From Octopus vulgaris (lineage: Eukaryota): a stretch of 64,000 nucleotides of DNA. How positions within the stretch are numbered: the first letter of the stretch is position 1; the number at the start of each line of letters is the position of its first letter. The stretch covers positions 154,256,001-154,320,000 of the forward strand of contig OX597814.1 of the NCBI GenBank assembly GCA_951406725.2. The letters are read 5' to 3'. The notes below the pieces were generated by a model. It did no database searches, had not been told where the DNA came from, and saw only the letters and a program-made list of their open reading frames with translations. Both the position numbers and the translations under genes were made by a program. Shown here piece by piece: positions 39,262-52,619 of the stretch.

Positions 39262-40897
39262 AAGTAGGGGTTCACCAAGGGTCAGTCCTCATCCCCTTCT
39301 TATTCATCATAGTCATCCAGGCAATAACAGAGGAGTTCAAGACAGGCTGCCCCTGGGATCTCCTCTATGCTGATGACCTTGCTCTAATTGCTGAGTCACT
39401 ATCAGAACTACAGAAGTTTCAGGTGTAGGAGCAAGGTCTAGAATTGAAGGGCCTTAGAGTCAATCTAGCAAAAACCAAAGTCTTAGTAAGTAGGAAGGCA
39501 GACAAATCCCAAATCCCTTCAGATAGATGGCCCTGCTCGATCTGTATAAAAGGTGTAGGTAGAAACTCCACAAGGTGTACCCATTGTGAGCCTTGACATA
39601 TAAGAAGTACAGCAATATCATAGGGAGGTTAACTGGGATGATAGTTTTTGTGTGTAGAGGATGCACAGGGGTGATAAATACTGAAGAGGTACAGAAAACA
39701 GATTCTATCACATGCCAAGGAGAAAAAACTAGAAGTAGTTGATAGCTTCCATTACCTAGGTGACCAAGTCAGTAGTTGGGGTGGATGCTGTGAGAGCATA
39801 GCTGCTAGAATAAGAATAGCCTGGGTAAAGTTCAGAGAACTCCTAACTCTGCTGGTAACAAAGGCCCCTCACTCAGAGTGAAAGGTAGACTGTATAATGC
39901 TTGTGTGTGAACAGCTGTGCTACACAGCAGGGAAGCATGGGCTGTGACTGCTGAGGACATGTATAGGCTTGAAAGAAATGAAGCTAGTGTGCTCTGCTGG
40001 ATGTGTAATGTCAGTGTTCATAAACAACTGAGTGTAAGTGCCCTGAGAAAAAAATTGGACATAAGAAGCATCAGATGTGGTGTGCAAGAGAGATGACTGT
40101 GCTGGTATGGTCATGTGTTGCATATAGATGAGGACAGCTGTGTGAAGAAGTGTCACACCCTAGCAGTTGAGGGAACCTATGGAAGAGGTAGATCCAGGGA
40201 GACATAGGATGAAGTGGTGAAGCACAACTTTCGAATGTTGGGCCTCACAGAAGCATTAACAAGTGACCAAGACCTTTGGAAATATGCTGTGCTTGAGAAG
40301 ACCTGGCAAGCCAAGTGAGATCATAGTCATGATCAATGCTAGTATTGCATAACTGCCCATTTAAAACTACCCTTCAATTGTCAGGCAATACTCTGTGCTT
40401 GAGAAGACCTGTTGAGTCAAGTGAAATTGTAGTCATGGCCAATGCCAGTGTCACATGACTGGCACCCATGCCAGTGGCATGTAAAAAGTACCATTTGAGG
40501 GTGGCAATTGCCAGTGCCACCTGACTGGACTGTAAAAAGTACCATTTCAGCATGGTTGATGCCAGTGTTGCCTGACTGGCTCCTGTGCTGGTGGTATGTA
40601 AAAAGCACCATTTTAGTGTGGCTGATGCCAGTGCTGGTGACATGTAAAAAGTACCATTCGAGCATGGTCAATGTCAGTGCCACCTGTCTGGCTCCTGTGA
40701 TGGTAGAACACAAAAAGCATCCACTACACTCTTGGAGTGGTTGGTGTTAGGAAGGGCATCCATCTGTAGAAACCTTGCCAGATCATATTGGAGCCTGGTG
40801 CAGCCTCCTGGCTTGCCAGTCCTCAGTCAAATCATCCATCCCATGCCAGCATGGAAAGCAGACATTAAACGATGATGATGATGGTGATAATGATGAT
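39262..40897 (+). mobile_element. 5'-truncated RTE-clade LINE with complete 3' UTR and (GAT)n tail
   Basis: VEVGVHQGSVL, CPWDLLYADDLALIAES, YLGDQ, WYGHVLHIDEDSC, GRGRSR; then tandem gtaaaaagcacc units and the ggaagggcatcc...gatgatgat tail. Confidence 0.92.
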
Positions 40898-41905
40898 GTA
40901 TGCATACATAAATACATATATGGGTGTGTGTTCACATATATTATATGCATATATATGGTCTCACTACAAATTTAATTTGGGCTATCCCAAATGCCTATGC
41001 TGTATTAGTACTGGCACCAACATTTGAAATACTTCACTGATATTTCTCTTTTGAAGAAATATATTCATTTACTATTAAAACTGGCAAGATCCTGCTGTCA
41101 TCAGGAAGCTTCTGTTGAAAAAATAATATCGACAGGAAGTGTAGCGTTTTTAGACTCATGACCAATATATCAAATCACATTCACATGTCAAAATTTATGC
41201 TTTTGCACTCCAAGAACTAGCATTTGCCACAAAATATTTGTTGAACAAAAGAGATACTGAAGTGCATATATTCTTAAGATGCAACCAAACATGTTGATTA
41301 TGTCACTTATCTGTGGAAGCTATTACGCATATGACCAACAAGTGCTAAAAAATATCAAGTTGCTAATTTCCTATGCAGTATGACAGTGCTTAATATACGT
41401 CACCGTTTGTAAGAAAGACAACCTTGAGACAAATATAGAGAATTCTTCTGATATTCAGTCCATTTGTATATTCAAAAAGAAAGGATATTGGTGGAACAAT
41501 TCCGTCAAAAATTTCTGTCACAAGTGGATGCATTGTGCCTTGGGACAGGAAATAAAACTTATGTTATATGGAGGTCTGCTGTTGAATAGGTGTGCACATT
41601 TCTTTCAAAAAATTAGCAAGAAGGAGAACGTCTATGAACAACTGCTTGCAGCTTACAGCTTCTCCCCACCCCATCATCATCATCATCATTGTCATCACTA
41701 TTGTTGTTGTTTTAGTGTCTATTTTCTTATGCTTGGATGGGATGGAAAGAGTCTTAATGAGGGAGATTTTCTACAGCTAGGTGCTCTTTCTGTTGTTAAC
41801 TCTTACCTGTCTCCAAGCAAAGTAATATTTCCTTATGGTGAAACATGTTTGTGAAAACTATTGGAAATGAATGACATTCAGTTTTTTTATATATATATAT
41901 ATATG

Positions 41906-42111
41906 TATCTGTAAAATAATATGTGACAATTATTCAATAGCCAAGATAAAACTCTGAGTTTCGGATGCCAAGGTGGAAATCCACAACACTATCTCTTCGG
42001 TTAGATGGCCAGATAACTGAAGAGATGGTGTTGTGGATTTCCACCTCGGCATCCGAAACTCAGAGTTTTATCTTGGCTATTGAATAATTGTCACATATTA
42101 TTTTACAGATA
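41906..42111. repeat. ~98-bp inverted repeat carrying a hammerhead motif
   Basis: 41906-42003 is the reverse complement of 42014-42111, with a 10-nt spacer. Confidence 0.88.
42011..42073 (+). ncRNA. Minimal type-I hammerhead ribozyme motif
   Basis: AGATAA-CTGAAGA-GATG...CATCC-GAAA-CTCAGAG-TT-TTATCT. Confidence 0.65.
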
Positions 42112-42244
42112 AATTTCCTTTATTTACATAATATTGAGGTCTCTTTCTTTCTTTTGTTATCTTACCATTTTTACCAATATATATATATGTATGTATGTAT
42201 GTTTATATATGTATATATATATATAAGTGTGTGTGTGTATATAT

Positions 42245-42460
42245 CACGTGATCACATGACCGACTAGGTCAACAGAAGGAAGAGTGAGAGAAAGTTGTGG
42301 TGAAAGAGTACAGCAGGGATCCCCCCCCCCCCGCCGCCGGAACCTCATGGAGCATTAGGTATTTTTGCTCAATAAACACTTACAACGACTGGTCTAGGAA
42401 TCGGAACTGCGATTCTACGACCGCGAGTCCGCTGCCCAAACCACTGGGCCATTGCGCCTC

Positions 42461-42462
<2 letters not shown>
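42245..42462 (-). mobile_element. tRNA-derived SINE (ggaggcgcaatggcccagtgg head)
   Basis: Box A/B-like head on the minus strand. A longer copy of the same family is at 52130-52490. Confidence 0.75.
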
Positions 42463-42499
<37 letters not shown>

Positions 42500-42952
42500 C
42501 ACTCTTGGAGTGATTGGCTGTATGCAAATGAGTTCATAACTGAGGTCTGGAACTCTCATGGGAAAAAAAATTTTGCATCCTGGAGCCTACTTTTTCGCTT
42601 GAATGACAGGGTTATGTGGTAGGCTCCAGCAACTACCACCAGCTACTACATATTTATTGATCTATTTTTGGATGATGGAGTGTACCACATGATAACTGGC
42701 TGGCTGTGGCTGTTGGAGCCTACCTAGCAGTATTTAAGAGCGAAAATAAAAAACGCTTCATTTGTTCACTGCCACTTGTTGACACTTGATGAAGAAGCAG
42801 TGTCAATTGGATTCGTTAAGTGATGGTTTGGATTTATTAAACGAGTGATTTTATGGGTAAAAATTCCATTCCAACTCATTTTGGATACATTAAGCGGGTG
42901 CATTTATAAAGCGGGATATACTGTATGTATACATGTATATATACACACACCC

Positions 42953-43171
42953 ATGAAGGTGGGCTGAAAAGCTCCTGGCTTTGAGTAAAGGAATATACAG
43001 GAGGATCAGTTAATTATGATTTTATTCAACATATCCCCCTCTCAGATTCACAGACTTATGGCAGTGGTCCTTCAGTTTTTCTAAGTCCTTTAAAAGAACT
43101 TGGAAAGTTAGGCATCCAACCAGGCCTTTTTCCACACCCTTAAAACTAGGAACTTTTCAGCACCCCTTGTA
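42953..43171. mobile_element. mariner-derived MITE
   Basis: Imperfect TIRs gaaggtgggctgaaaagctcctggcttt / aaaactaggaacttttcagcaccccttg|ta. Confidence 0.7.
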
Positions 43172-44149
43172 TATATATATATATATACACATACAATCAC
43201 CTGCTACACTCTCGGAGTGGTTGGCGTTAGGAAGGGCATCCAGCTGTAGAAACACTGCCAGATCTGACTGGCCTGGTGCAGCCTTCGGGCTTCCCAGACC
43301 CCAGTTGAACCGTCCAACCCATGCTAGCATGGAAAGCGGACGTTAAACGATGATGATGATGATATATATATATATATATACATATGTATGTATGTATGAA
43401 TGTATGAGAAATTAACAGAAAAAATAAAGTATAAATGCAATTAGAAACAGCTTCTCATCTTTCAGACAGCATCCTTCTTCAGAGTTGAGATGTCAGGTTT
43501 CAAAACAAAAAATGGACAGTCAGAATAGTTTTACATCCTCTGTGTGAGAACAACCTGCAACAAATGAGAGGGAATGCCATGCCAAACAATGCGAGAGTGC
43601 ATGCATAAGGAAGTAGTGGGCGAGAGAAAATTGGTAAGTGAGAAAAGAGAGAGAAGAAAAGGGAAATAAAAAGAGGAAGAGACATTATATCAGGGTGGGT
43701 TAGTCGGAAAATTAGAGTGAGAGAAGACATAAAGGATAAAGAAGAAATTACTGTGTTATCAGGGTGTGAAGAAACCCATTAGCGCCATAGTTCTGATAAC
43801 ATATTTCCTTATGTTTCCTTGAATATGCAGTTCCATGGTCTGTTGAGAAGCTGGATGTCAATAATGGGCAATGGAATGGCCTATTGTTTTGAAAAGGGTG
43901 GCAATGGGTTCGCCTTTTATATGTAGTCGAATACTAACCAGCAAAAATAATCAATGGAGTGAGAACCTGTTTCGACAATGAGAAGGGCTTCACTTAATTT
44001 GTAAATAATGCAGAATCTGATGATAAATAGATGCAACAATTAGGAGATATATAGCTTATACACACACACACACATACACACACACATGCACACATTCACA
44101 TACACACACACATACATGCACATACATATATATATGACTATAAATATAC

Positions 44150-44237
<88 letters not shown>

Positions 44238-44303
44238 CATAGACATAAATATACATATAGAGAGAGACATATATACATACATACAGACAGACATACATAT
44301 ATG

Positions 44304-44359
<56 letters not shown>

Positions 44360-44484
44360 TATATATATGTTAGTGCTCTAACACGACCACAGTTGTGTGG
44401 ATGAAATATATAAAAGAATAAGAAAACCATAAAAGCACATATACATACATACATACATGCATACATACATACATACATACACAC

Positions 44485-44560
<76 letters not shown>

Positions 44561-45017
44561 GTATGTATGTATATATATGAATACAAATGTACTATATATT
44601 TATGTGTGTATATAGTACACACATTTATTTTGATATATATATAACAAATATCTATGCAGTCCCTTCAGCCCACACCTTCTCAACACTCACCCCACACCTT
44701 CTCAACACTCACCCCACACTCACTTCCTCACTCACCACCTCCACCATTACCACCTTTGCCACAATTGCTACATGCTGTACACAATCATTGATTGTGCCAA
44801 AAATGCCAAAGCAACAAAGAACTATAAAGAATTAAAAAGAAAGGAAATGAAAAAAAAAAGAAACCCGCTTCCCCAAAAGAGCTGAAGGTTTGAAAATACT
44901 GCAGCATCATGAAACCAAAGCAGTGACTGAGAAAAGTTTAAGCTTCACAAATAATTAACAAAGAGTATGGATTCATTTCAGAATTTAAATTTCTGACTCA
45001 ATGTATTGTTGTCTGAA

Positions 45018-45076
<59 letters not shown>

Positions 45077-45089
45077 TCTTTCTCTCTCT

Positions 45090-45283
45090 TTCTCTTTTAC
45101 TTGTCTCAGTCATTTGACTGCGGCCATGCTGAAGCACCGCCTTTAATCGAGCAACTCTATCCCGGGACTTATTCTTTGTAAGTCCAGTACTTATTCTATC
45201 AGTCTCTTTTGCTGAACCGCTAAGTTACGGGGACATAAACACACCAGCATCGGTTGTCAAGCACAGACACACAAACATACACG

Positions 45284-45315
<32 letters not shown>

Positions 45316-45458
45316 CATATATACGATGGGCTTCTTTCAGTTTCCGTCTACCAAATCCACTCACAAGGCTTTGGTCGGCCCGAGGCTATAGTAGAAGACT
45401 AAACCCGGAACCATGTGGTTGGTAAACAAGCTACTTACCACACGGCCACTCCTGCGCC

Positions 45459-45459
<1 letters not shown>
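45090..45459 (-). mobile_element. Octopus tRNA-derived SINE inserted in (ATT)n
   Basis: Reverse copy ending ccactcctgcgcct, flanked by ATT repeats. Confidence 0.85.
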
Positions 45460-45528
<69 letters not shown>

Positions 45529-45531
<3 letters not shown>

Positions 45532-46782
45532 TAGTTTTATTTTTATAGCGTGCTTTCACTTCACTACCGAGCGCAGCTCTGTGTGCCTTGGGTATGTGCT
45601 GTGATTTGTTGTGATGCTCTGATGGTTATTGTATGGAAAGTGCTCTGCGTAGGATGTGTGCAGTGCCTAGTAGTGCAATTTTCTGTATGATATATGTGTT
45701 TGTAAGTCCTGGTGTTTTTGTTATGTATTTGTCTGAATATTTTTTTATCATGCCTAATGCACCTACTATGATAGGAATTGTTTCTGTTTTCAGATTCCAC
45801 ATTCTAGTTACCTCTATTTCCAGGTCTTTGTATTTTGAGAGTTTCTCCATTTCTTTTAGAGACACGTTGTCATCTGCCGGTATTGATACATCAATTAGAA
45901 AGCATTTTTTTCTTCATGATCTCTGACAACTATATCTGGTCTGTTGGCCTTAATTTCTCTATCTGTGTGTATCGGCATATCCCAGAGTATGGTTGCTTTC
46001 TCGTTTTCTGTAACCTTTTCTGGTGTGTGCCTATACCATCTTTTTTCTGTTGTTATTCCATAATGTTGGCATAGCTTCCAGTGTATGTAGGTTCCAACTC
46101 TGTCATGTCTGTGAATATATTCCTTCTTAGCCAGGACTGGGCAGCTAGAGATAATATGGTTTATTGTTTCTTGTCCATCTCCACATATTCTGCAGTTACT
46201 TGTAATATTTCTTTTCATTACATGTTTTTGGTAATTTCTGGTGGGGAGGCTTTGGTCTTGTGCTGCAATTAAAAATCCCTCTGTCTCTGCTTTGAGTCCT
46301 GAGCTTCTCAACCATTGCTGGGATCTTTCTTTGTCTATTTCTTTTGCGTTTAGTTTAGTGCAGTATTTACCATGAAGGGGCTTTTCTTGCCATTGTTTTA
46401 TCATGGTTCGTTGCTGTTCTATCTTTAGTTTGGATTTCATTTGTTTTATAGCTTTTGTTGTTTCTTCATCATCCTCTTCTTCTTCTTCTTCTTCATGTTT
46501 ATTAGGTGGTATGATTTCTTGTTTGTATTTGTCAGCTTCCTTAAATACTGAGAACAGTTTTTTGTTTTGCTCGTGTTTTGCTGCTATCTGGATCAGTTTT
46601 CCTTCCTTCTGAAGTAGGTAATTTTGCAGTCCTATGGTGGTTATTTTATAGTAGTTTTCCAGCTGTATAAGGCCTCTACCACCTTCTATACGTTGTATAT
46701 ATAGTCTTTCTATGTCAGATTTTGGGTGATGCATCCTAGATCCTGTCAGTATTTTTCTTGTTTTCCTATCTATTTTCCTATC

Positions 46783-46783
<1 letters not shown>
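45529..46783 (-). mobile_element. Dong/R4-clade non-LTR retrotransposon (restriction-like endonuclease), 5'-truncated
   Basis: RLY..R..GGRGL, AAQDQSL, CRICG...ETINHIISSC (CCHC), RHD, RPDIVV...IDVSIP, K..KY. One frameshift near 45900; AATAAA before (TAA)n; embedded in (ATT)n on both sides. Confidence 0.9.
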
Positions 46784-46828
<45 letters not shown>

Positions 46829-46843
46829 TATTATTATTATTTT

Positions 46844-47530
46844 TAAGGTGGCAAGCTTAGCAGTATTTTGCCTGCCACTTCATCTTTCATCCTTTTGGGA
46901 TCGATAAAATAAGTACCAGTTACACACTGGAGTTGATCTAATTGACTAGGCCCCTTACCTCCAAATTTTCCAAGGCCTTGTTCCTAGATACAAATATTAT
47001 CATTATTATTAAGGCGGTCAAAGGTGGTGAGCTGGCAGAATCATTAGCACACCGGGCAAAATGCTTAGCAGCATTTCATCTGCCTTTACATTCTGAGTTC
47101 AAATTCCACCATGGTTGTCTTTGCCTTTCCTCATTTTGGAGTCGATAAATTAAGTACCACTGAATCACTGGGGGTCGATGTAATCGTCTGGTCCACTCCC
47201 CACAAAAATTTCAGGTCTTGTGCCTTTAGTAGAAAGGATTATTAAGGCCGTCAGCTGGCAGAATTGTTACTGCTTAGTGGCATTTTATCCGTTCTGAGTT
47301 CAAATACTGTCATGGTTGACTTTGCCTTTCATTTCTTTGGGGTCGATAAATTAAGTACCAGTGAAACACTGGAGTGGCATTTCATCCATCCTCAAATTCC
47401 ACAAAGGTCAACTTTGCCTATCATCCTTTCAAGGTTAATAAAATAAGTACCAGTTGTGTATTGAAGTTAATGTAATTGACTATCTCACTTCCCACAAATT
47501 TCAGGCCTTGTGCCTATTGTAGAAAGGATT
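46844..47530 (+). mobile_element. Cluster of tandem Meta-domain SINE copies and fragments
   Basis: Repeated tttgcctttcatcc...gtcgataaa.taagtaccag units; one full head at ~47021. Confidence 0.75.
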
Positions 47531-47547
47531 GTTATTATTATTATTAT

Positions 47548-47912
47548 TATTACCTCTGCCTTCACTAAGGCAGAAGTATTGTTTTCAGTCGCATTTGTTT
47601 GTTTGTTTGTCCATGGACAAGATATCTCAAGAACTACTGGATGGATTCATATGAAACTTTCAGGGATGTTTGGCCTCACAACTGGCACAAACTGATTAGA
47701 TTTGGGTATTGATCAGATACTGGACAAGGATTCTGGATAATTTTTCTGTTTTTTTTTCTTAATTTTTGAAAGCGGTCGGGTTCATTTTTAGTATTCCTGT
47801 TTGTGAGAGCAGTCAAGTTTATTTCAGATATTCTCATTTCAAAAATTATCTCCAGCTAATCATTGAGAGGACATTGGTGTTACCTTGGCTTGTGCTCTCT
47901 GAGTTATCTTGT
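47548..47912 (+). mobile_element. HINE/DINE-1-like (Helentron-associated) element
   Basis: ttattacctctgcc..aaggcagaag hairpin, (TTTG)n, actactggatggattcatatgaaactt, end tgtgctctctgagt. Confidence 0.55.
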
Positions 47913-48766
47913 AATTATTATTATTACTATCATTAGAAGTCTATGGCTGACCCCAGGTGGTGAAATTGTGTTCTATGAGAAATGGTTTTGGAAACTTGAC
48001 ACATTTGTTGTTTTCCATGCAAAGTGAGTTGCTGTTGAGGGCAGCAGAGGTACAATGAACTTTCTGGGTTTTAGCAATACTGAAGGGTTTTTATTCATTG
48101 TATGGTTTGGGAAACTCTGCAGATATAATATGATACAGTCATTTTGACTGAATTGAGTCTAATTTGTTAACCCAGTCAAAATGTGTGCATAAGGGCAAGT
48201 CTTTTTCTGGAAGTATCACTTGTAGTCAGTTTCTTGCAAAAATGAAAAGAAAGAGAAAACTATATTTGCTGTGAGTGCAGTGTGAATCTGCTGCATCTAC
48301 AAAATTTGTCATTCTGCTTAAATTAAAATCAGCTGTAATATCATAATCAGCAGTGGTTCCACATTTAATTAATATCTACTGCTGTAACTATCACTTTGTT
48401 ACTGATTCAAGAGGAAAAGAGAAAGGGAACTGAAGCAGAGGGAAAGTGTGTGGCAAAGAGAGAAAGAAAGAAAGACAAAGCGAAGAGTAAAGGAAAGAAC
48501 AAAAGAGAAATAATGAAGTGGTGAGAAAGAAAGAACAGATAAAAGTAAGGGAAATGGATAGTAATAGAGAGAAAAGAGAGAGAAAAGAGAAAGAGAAGGA
48601 ATAAATATACTGTTTTTAATGAGGAGCAAGAAGAGAGGGTGGAATAGTAAAATTCAGGGATTCAGCACTATGGTGGTTGAGGAGAATATGGAGATAGCTA
48701 CATACAAAAGAAAGAGAGGGAGGAGAAGATGGGCATGCATACACAAATTTTATCAAATATATAGTA

Positions 48767-49127
48767 CTAGCAGTATCACCCGGCGTTGCTTTAGAATTGG
48801 AATTTTTGAAAAGTAAAAATTTTGTATTATGTAGCTTGTTATTTTCTTTAAGTGAATATTTTTCTGGTTGAAATAGACGAAAAATGGCGACAGTCAAAAA
48901 ATCGTAAAAAATAGGGATTTTCATAGAAAAAAGCACAATTTGATGTAAATAATTTTTGGTGTTAACATGGTCCGATTTGAAGTTTTTCTTCTACGGAAGG
49001 AAGAGCAAGCCTTCTATCATACTCTCAGTTTTGGTCAACTTGCGCCGCAGGGTCTCAGAGGAGATAGTGTTAGTTGAAGGCTACCAAACCTGCCATACAC
49101 AGACAACTTCAGCTTTACATATATAGA
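48767..49127 (-). mobile_element. Non-autonomous Helitron
   Basis: Minus strand A|TCTATATATG...CGCCGGGTGATACTG-CTAG|T: 5' TC, 3' CTAG, inserted between A and T. Confidence 0.7.
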
Positions 49128-49129
49128 TA

Positions 49130-49539
49130 ATACGAAAAAACCCTCCAGGCTACATCCCGAAAATTCATTTCTTTGCCGAATTTCTACAATGTTTACGGCG
49201 ATTCATTTTTATATCTTGAATTTTTATTTTTCATGCAATTTACACATGCTTGCATGCATGGGGAACACAGTTCACGTCAAACAGCTGACTGAGTAAAGTT
49301 CACTATTCAATGCATGGGATAAGGCCTAAACAAACACATTATCGATTTTTGCACTTGCGAGATGAATTCCGGAACAGAAATAGCGCAGTTCAATTTTCAT
49401 TCGCCTAAACTTTCAGTGACCCATTTTTGGTGGTTCTACGATTTGTTGGCTTGGAGGAGATGTACCAGGAAGTTAAACACACAGACACACACACACAGAT
49501 ACACACACAGACACACAAGTTGAGTTTTATATATATAGA
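49130..49539 (-). mobile_element. Second Helitron-like 5' segment
   Basis: Minus strand begins A|TCTATATATATAAAACTCAACTTGTGTG. No independent CTAG end was seen; it may share the 48767 end. Confidence 0.5.
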
Positions 49540-49606
49540 TGTGTGTGTATGCATGTGTCTGTCTGGCTATCAAGCTATCTACCTGTCTATACTTATATAT
49601 GTGCGT

Positions 49607-49664
<58 letters not shown>

Positions 49665-50280
49665 TTATATATATCAAAATAAGCAACAAGCTAGCATCTT
49701 GTTTTAAGCTTTCCCTTACTAAACCTCATGACATTGCTTCTAATAAATCTTGATTTTATGACTATACCATCTAGAATGTGTGTCTACTTCCTCAACCCTA
49801 CCCCAAACTGATACTGCCCTCTATTTCTCTCAACTTTAAATATACAAGGGATTTGATAACCTAGTCTATAAATTAAAAATGACCCCCCATAAAAAAAAAA
49901 TTCAGTGACAGGCAGTGTCTTCTGGAAAATTTTAGTTGCAGCTATGCTGTTGTAGGTACAAGTTCTTTGTCTATCTCCTTAACTTCTTGGAGATTTTAGG
50001 TATAATTATACTAATGTGTCCATCTGTTCTAATTTAATTAAATTCTGTCTTTGTGCAGCTGAAGATTGCACTAAATTTTAAATTGATGTAATGATTGCAT
50101 TGTTCAATTAAATGGAGTTGTATGAAACAATCGTACTGCATTACTTCTGGATATCCTTGTTGCTTATTTTGATTTTAATCACCTTATTTTGAAATTGTAT
50201 GGATAATACCGTACTAACTTCTGGTGCCTCAACTTAAGTACCATATTCATCCGAATCTAAACTTTTGCTGAACTCATACA

Positions 50281-50384
<104 letters not shown>

Positions 50385-50720
50385 CAAGAGTTAAAGAATG
50401 GAGTAGATAAGATCTGGACTACATCTGTTTCATAGCAAGCAGAAGCTTGAAAATGGTAAATATCCAAGCAAGGTGTATACTGCAGGTTACTTATCAGGCC
50501 AAGGGTATCTTACCGTGCTCTCTACACATTCTGATCAAATGTTCCATGTGTTAACATGTACCTCCATACGACAATGTAAACTTTCATTTAATCAAGATAC
50601 CCTTGGCCTGATGTGTAGCCTGCAGTATACACCTCACTTGGATATTTACCACTTTTGAGGTTTTGCTTTCTATGAAACATATATGGCCCAGATCTTATCT
50701 ACTCCATTCCTTAACTCTTG
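50385..50720. mobile_element. Foldback MITE with ~125-bp TIRs and TA target duplication
   Basis: TA|CAAGAGTTAAAGAATGGAGTAGATAAGATCTGG...CCAGATCTTATCTACTCCATTCCTTAACTCTTG|TA. Confidence 0.85.
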
Positions 50721-50906
50721 TATTTTTATTTGCATACCTGGCAACCCTGGTTGCCTACCATGAAATATAAAAAGAATTTTTTTCAGCTTATTGTATTTTG
50801 ATACAACCTTCCTCCTCAGTAAACAACTATTGTTCCTGAAAGTTGTTTTGTGTATTTGCTACAGATTGCTTGAGACTAACTTTCTTCCTATACCTCAATC
50901 TTTAGA

Positions 50907-50956
<50 letters not shown>

Positions 50957-52129
50957 TGCGATCACTTAACTTCTGTTTTACAGTCTGGCATGGTTTGGAT
51001 GGTTTGATAGGAGTTGGTAAGCCAGAGGACTGCACCAAGTTCCATTGTCTGGCCCGGTTCCTACAGCTGGATGCCCTTCTTAATGCTAACCACTTTGCAG
51101 AGTGTACTGAATGCTTTTTATGTGGCACCAGCATTGGGAGGGTCACAAGGAACTTGTAAGACAAAGTTCATTTGACAGGTAGGAGGCATAGTATTGAGTT
51201 GGGGTATAACAGAAGGGTAAAGTATAGTTGTCTTGCTATAGAAGAGATACATAGCCACTCTAGATGGAAAGGAAAGGAGAGAAAAGAGAGATGGGGTTAG
51301 AGAGAAAAGTATGGAGAGAAAGAGGTGGAAGAGAGAAAGAGAGGGAGAAAGAGGGGGAGAGAGAGGGGAGGGAGAGAGGGAGAAAGAGGGGGAGGGAGAG
51401 GAAATATTTTGGGGAGGGGACATACCCTCAAAATAGAGTGGGAGTGAATATAAATGAAGTGGGAAAGAGGATTGGACAGGGTGTGTTGGCAGGTGTGTGT
51501 GTGTGATAGTAGGGATGTTACATAAAAGTTTGAGAGGAGATGGTTAGAGATGGGGAAGAGATGATTGTAACATGTGATGGTGTGAGATGTAGGAGTGGTT
51601 CAGTGGGTGCTAGGATAGATACATAGGGGCATTGCAAGTGATATTGGGATTAGAGAGGTGTTAAGGATGGAGTGTAGCCGAATGGAGAAAGCAATGGCTG
51701 AAGGCACAGAAAGAAGGGGATTTTGAGGACATAGTGGGCAGAAAAGATAATGAGAAATGGAAGTGGTTTTAGTTGGAGGCGAGGAGGATAGCCAAAGGTG
51801 GTGGTGGTGGTGGTGGTGGTGGTGGTATGTGCTTATCCTGCTCCCAGGTGATTACAGCAGCCAGAATAGTACCATAGATAAAGAAGTAGTGACTGTTAGG
51901 AGATGAAATGTGGTGGGGAAGTGCTTGATGGAACAAAGAAGACGGAAGTGGGGCAGCCCATACCCACATACAAGCATAGCAAAGTAGTTTTAGGATGTCA
52001 TTTCTGCTGTGGTGAACAGGTGTTCTCCATGGATGATTGTCTTCTGTTTGAGTTTCCTCTTTGACAATAGCATTTCTGAGATTCTGTCTATGGCCTCTCG
52101 GCTATTCAGTTCTGCTGCTTGTTTGTTTG

Positions 52130-52490
52130 TTTGTTGAGCGAGGCCGTTTTCATCTTGGGAGAAGTTCGAAACGTGGTCCTTTGCTATTCGTAAGACCCGC
52201 AGAAGAGAAAGCAGGTCAACCCCTGACACCGAGAGCATCGACAGATGGATGAATGTGCATCCAGGCTCAGCGGTTGCGTAGGAAGTCGGGGACAAGAAAC
52301 AGAAAGAAAGAGTGAGAGAAATTTGGAGCGAAAGAGTACAACAGGGGTCGCCACCATCCCCTGCCGGAGCCTCGTGGAGCTTTTAGGTGTTTTCGCTCAA
52401 TAAACACACACAACGCCCGGTCTGGGAATCAAAACCGCGATCCTCCAACTGCAAGTCTGCTGCCCTAACCACTGGGCCATTGTGCCTCCT
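52130..52490 (-). mobile_element. tRNA-derived SINE
   Basis: Minus head ggaggcacaatggcccagtggttagggcagc; same family as 42245-42462. Confidence 0.75.
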
Positions 52491-52619
52491 CAGTTCTGCT
52501 GCAGACCTGCTTGGTTTGAAACATAGGTGACAGAAGAAAGTTGTAACTTCCTCAGGATTGATCAGATCACTGGGTGAGATATGATCTGTGAACTGCCATA
52601 TGTCTCTTCAACCCTGAAA

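Noticed and set aside
43440-43990. Possible Penelope GIY-YIG remnant and hammerhead on the minus strand
   Set aside because: Only a weak PIATLFKTIGHSI resemblance and an incomplete ribozyme fold; needs a profile search.
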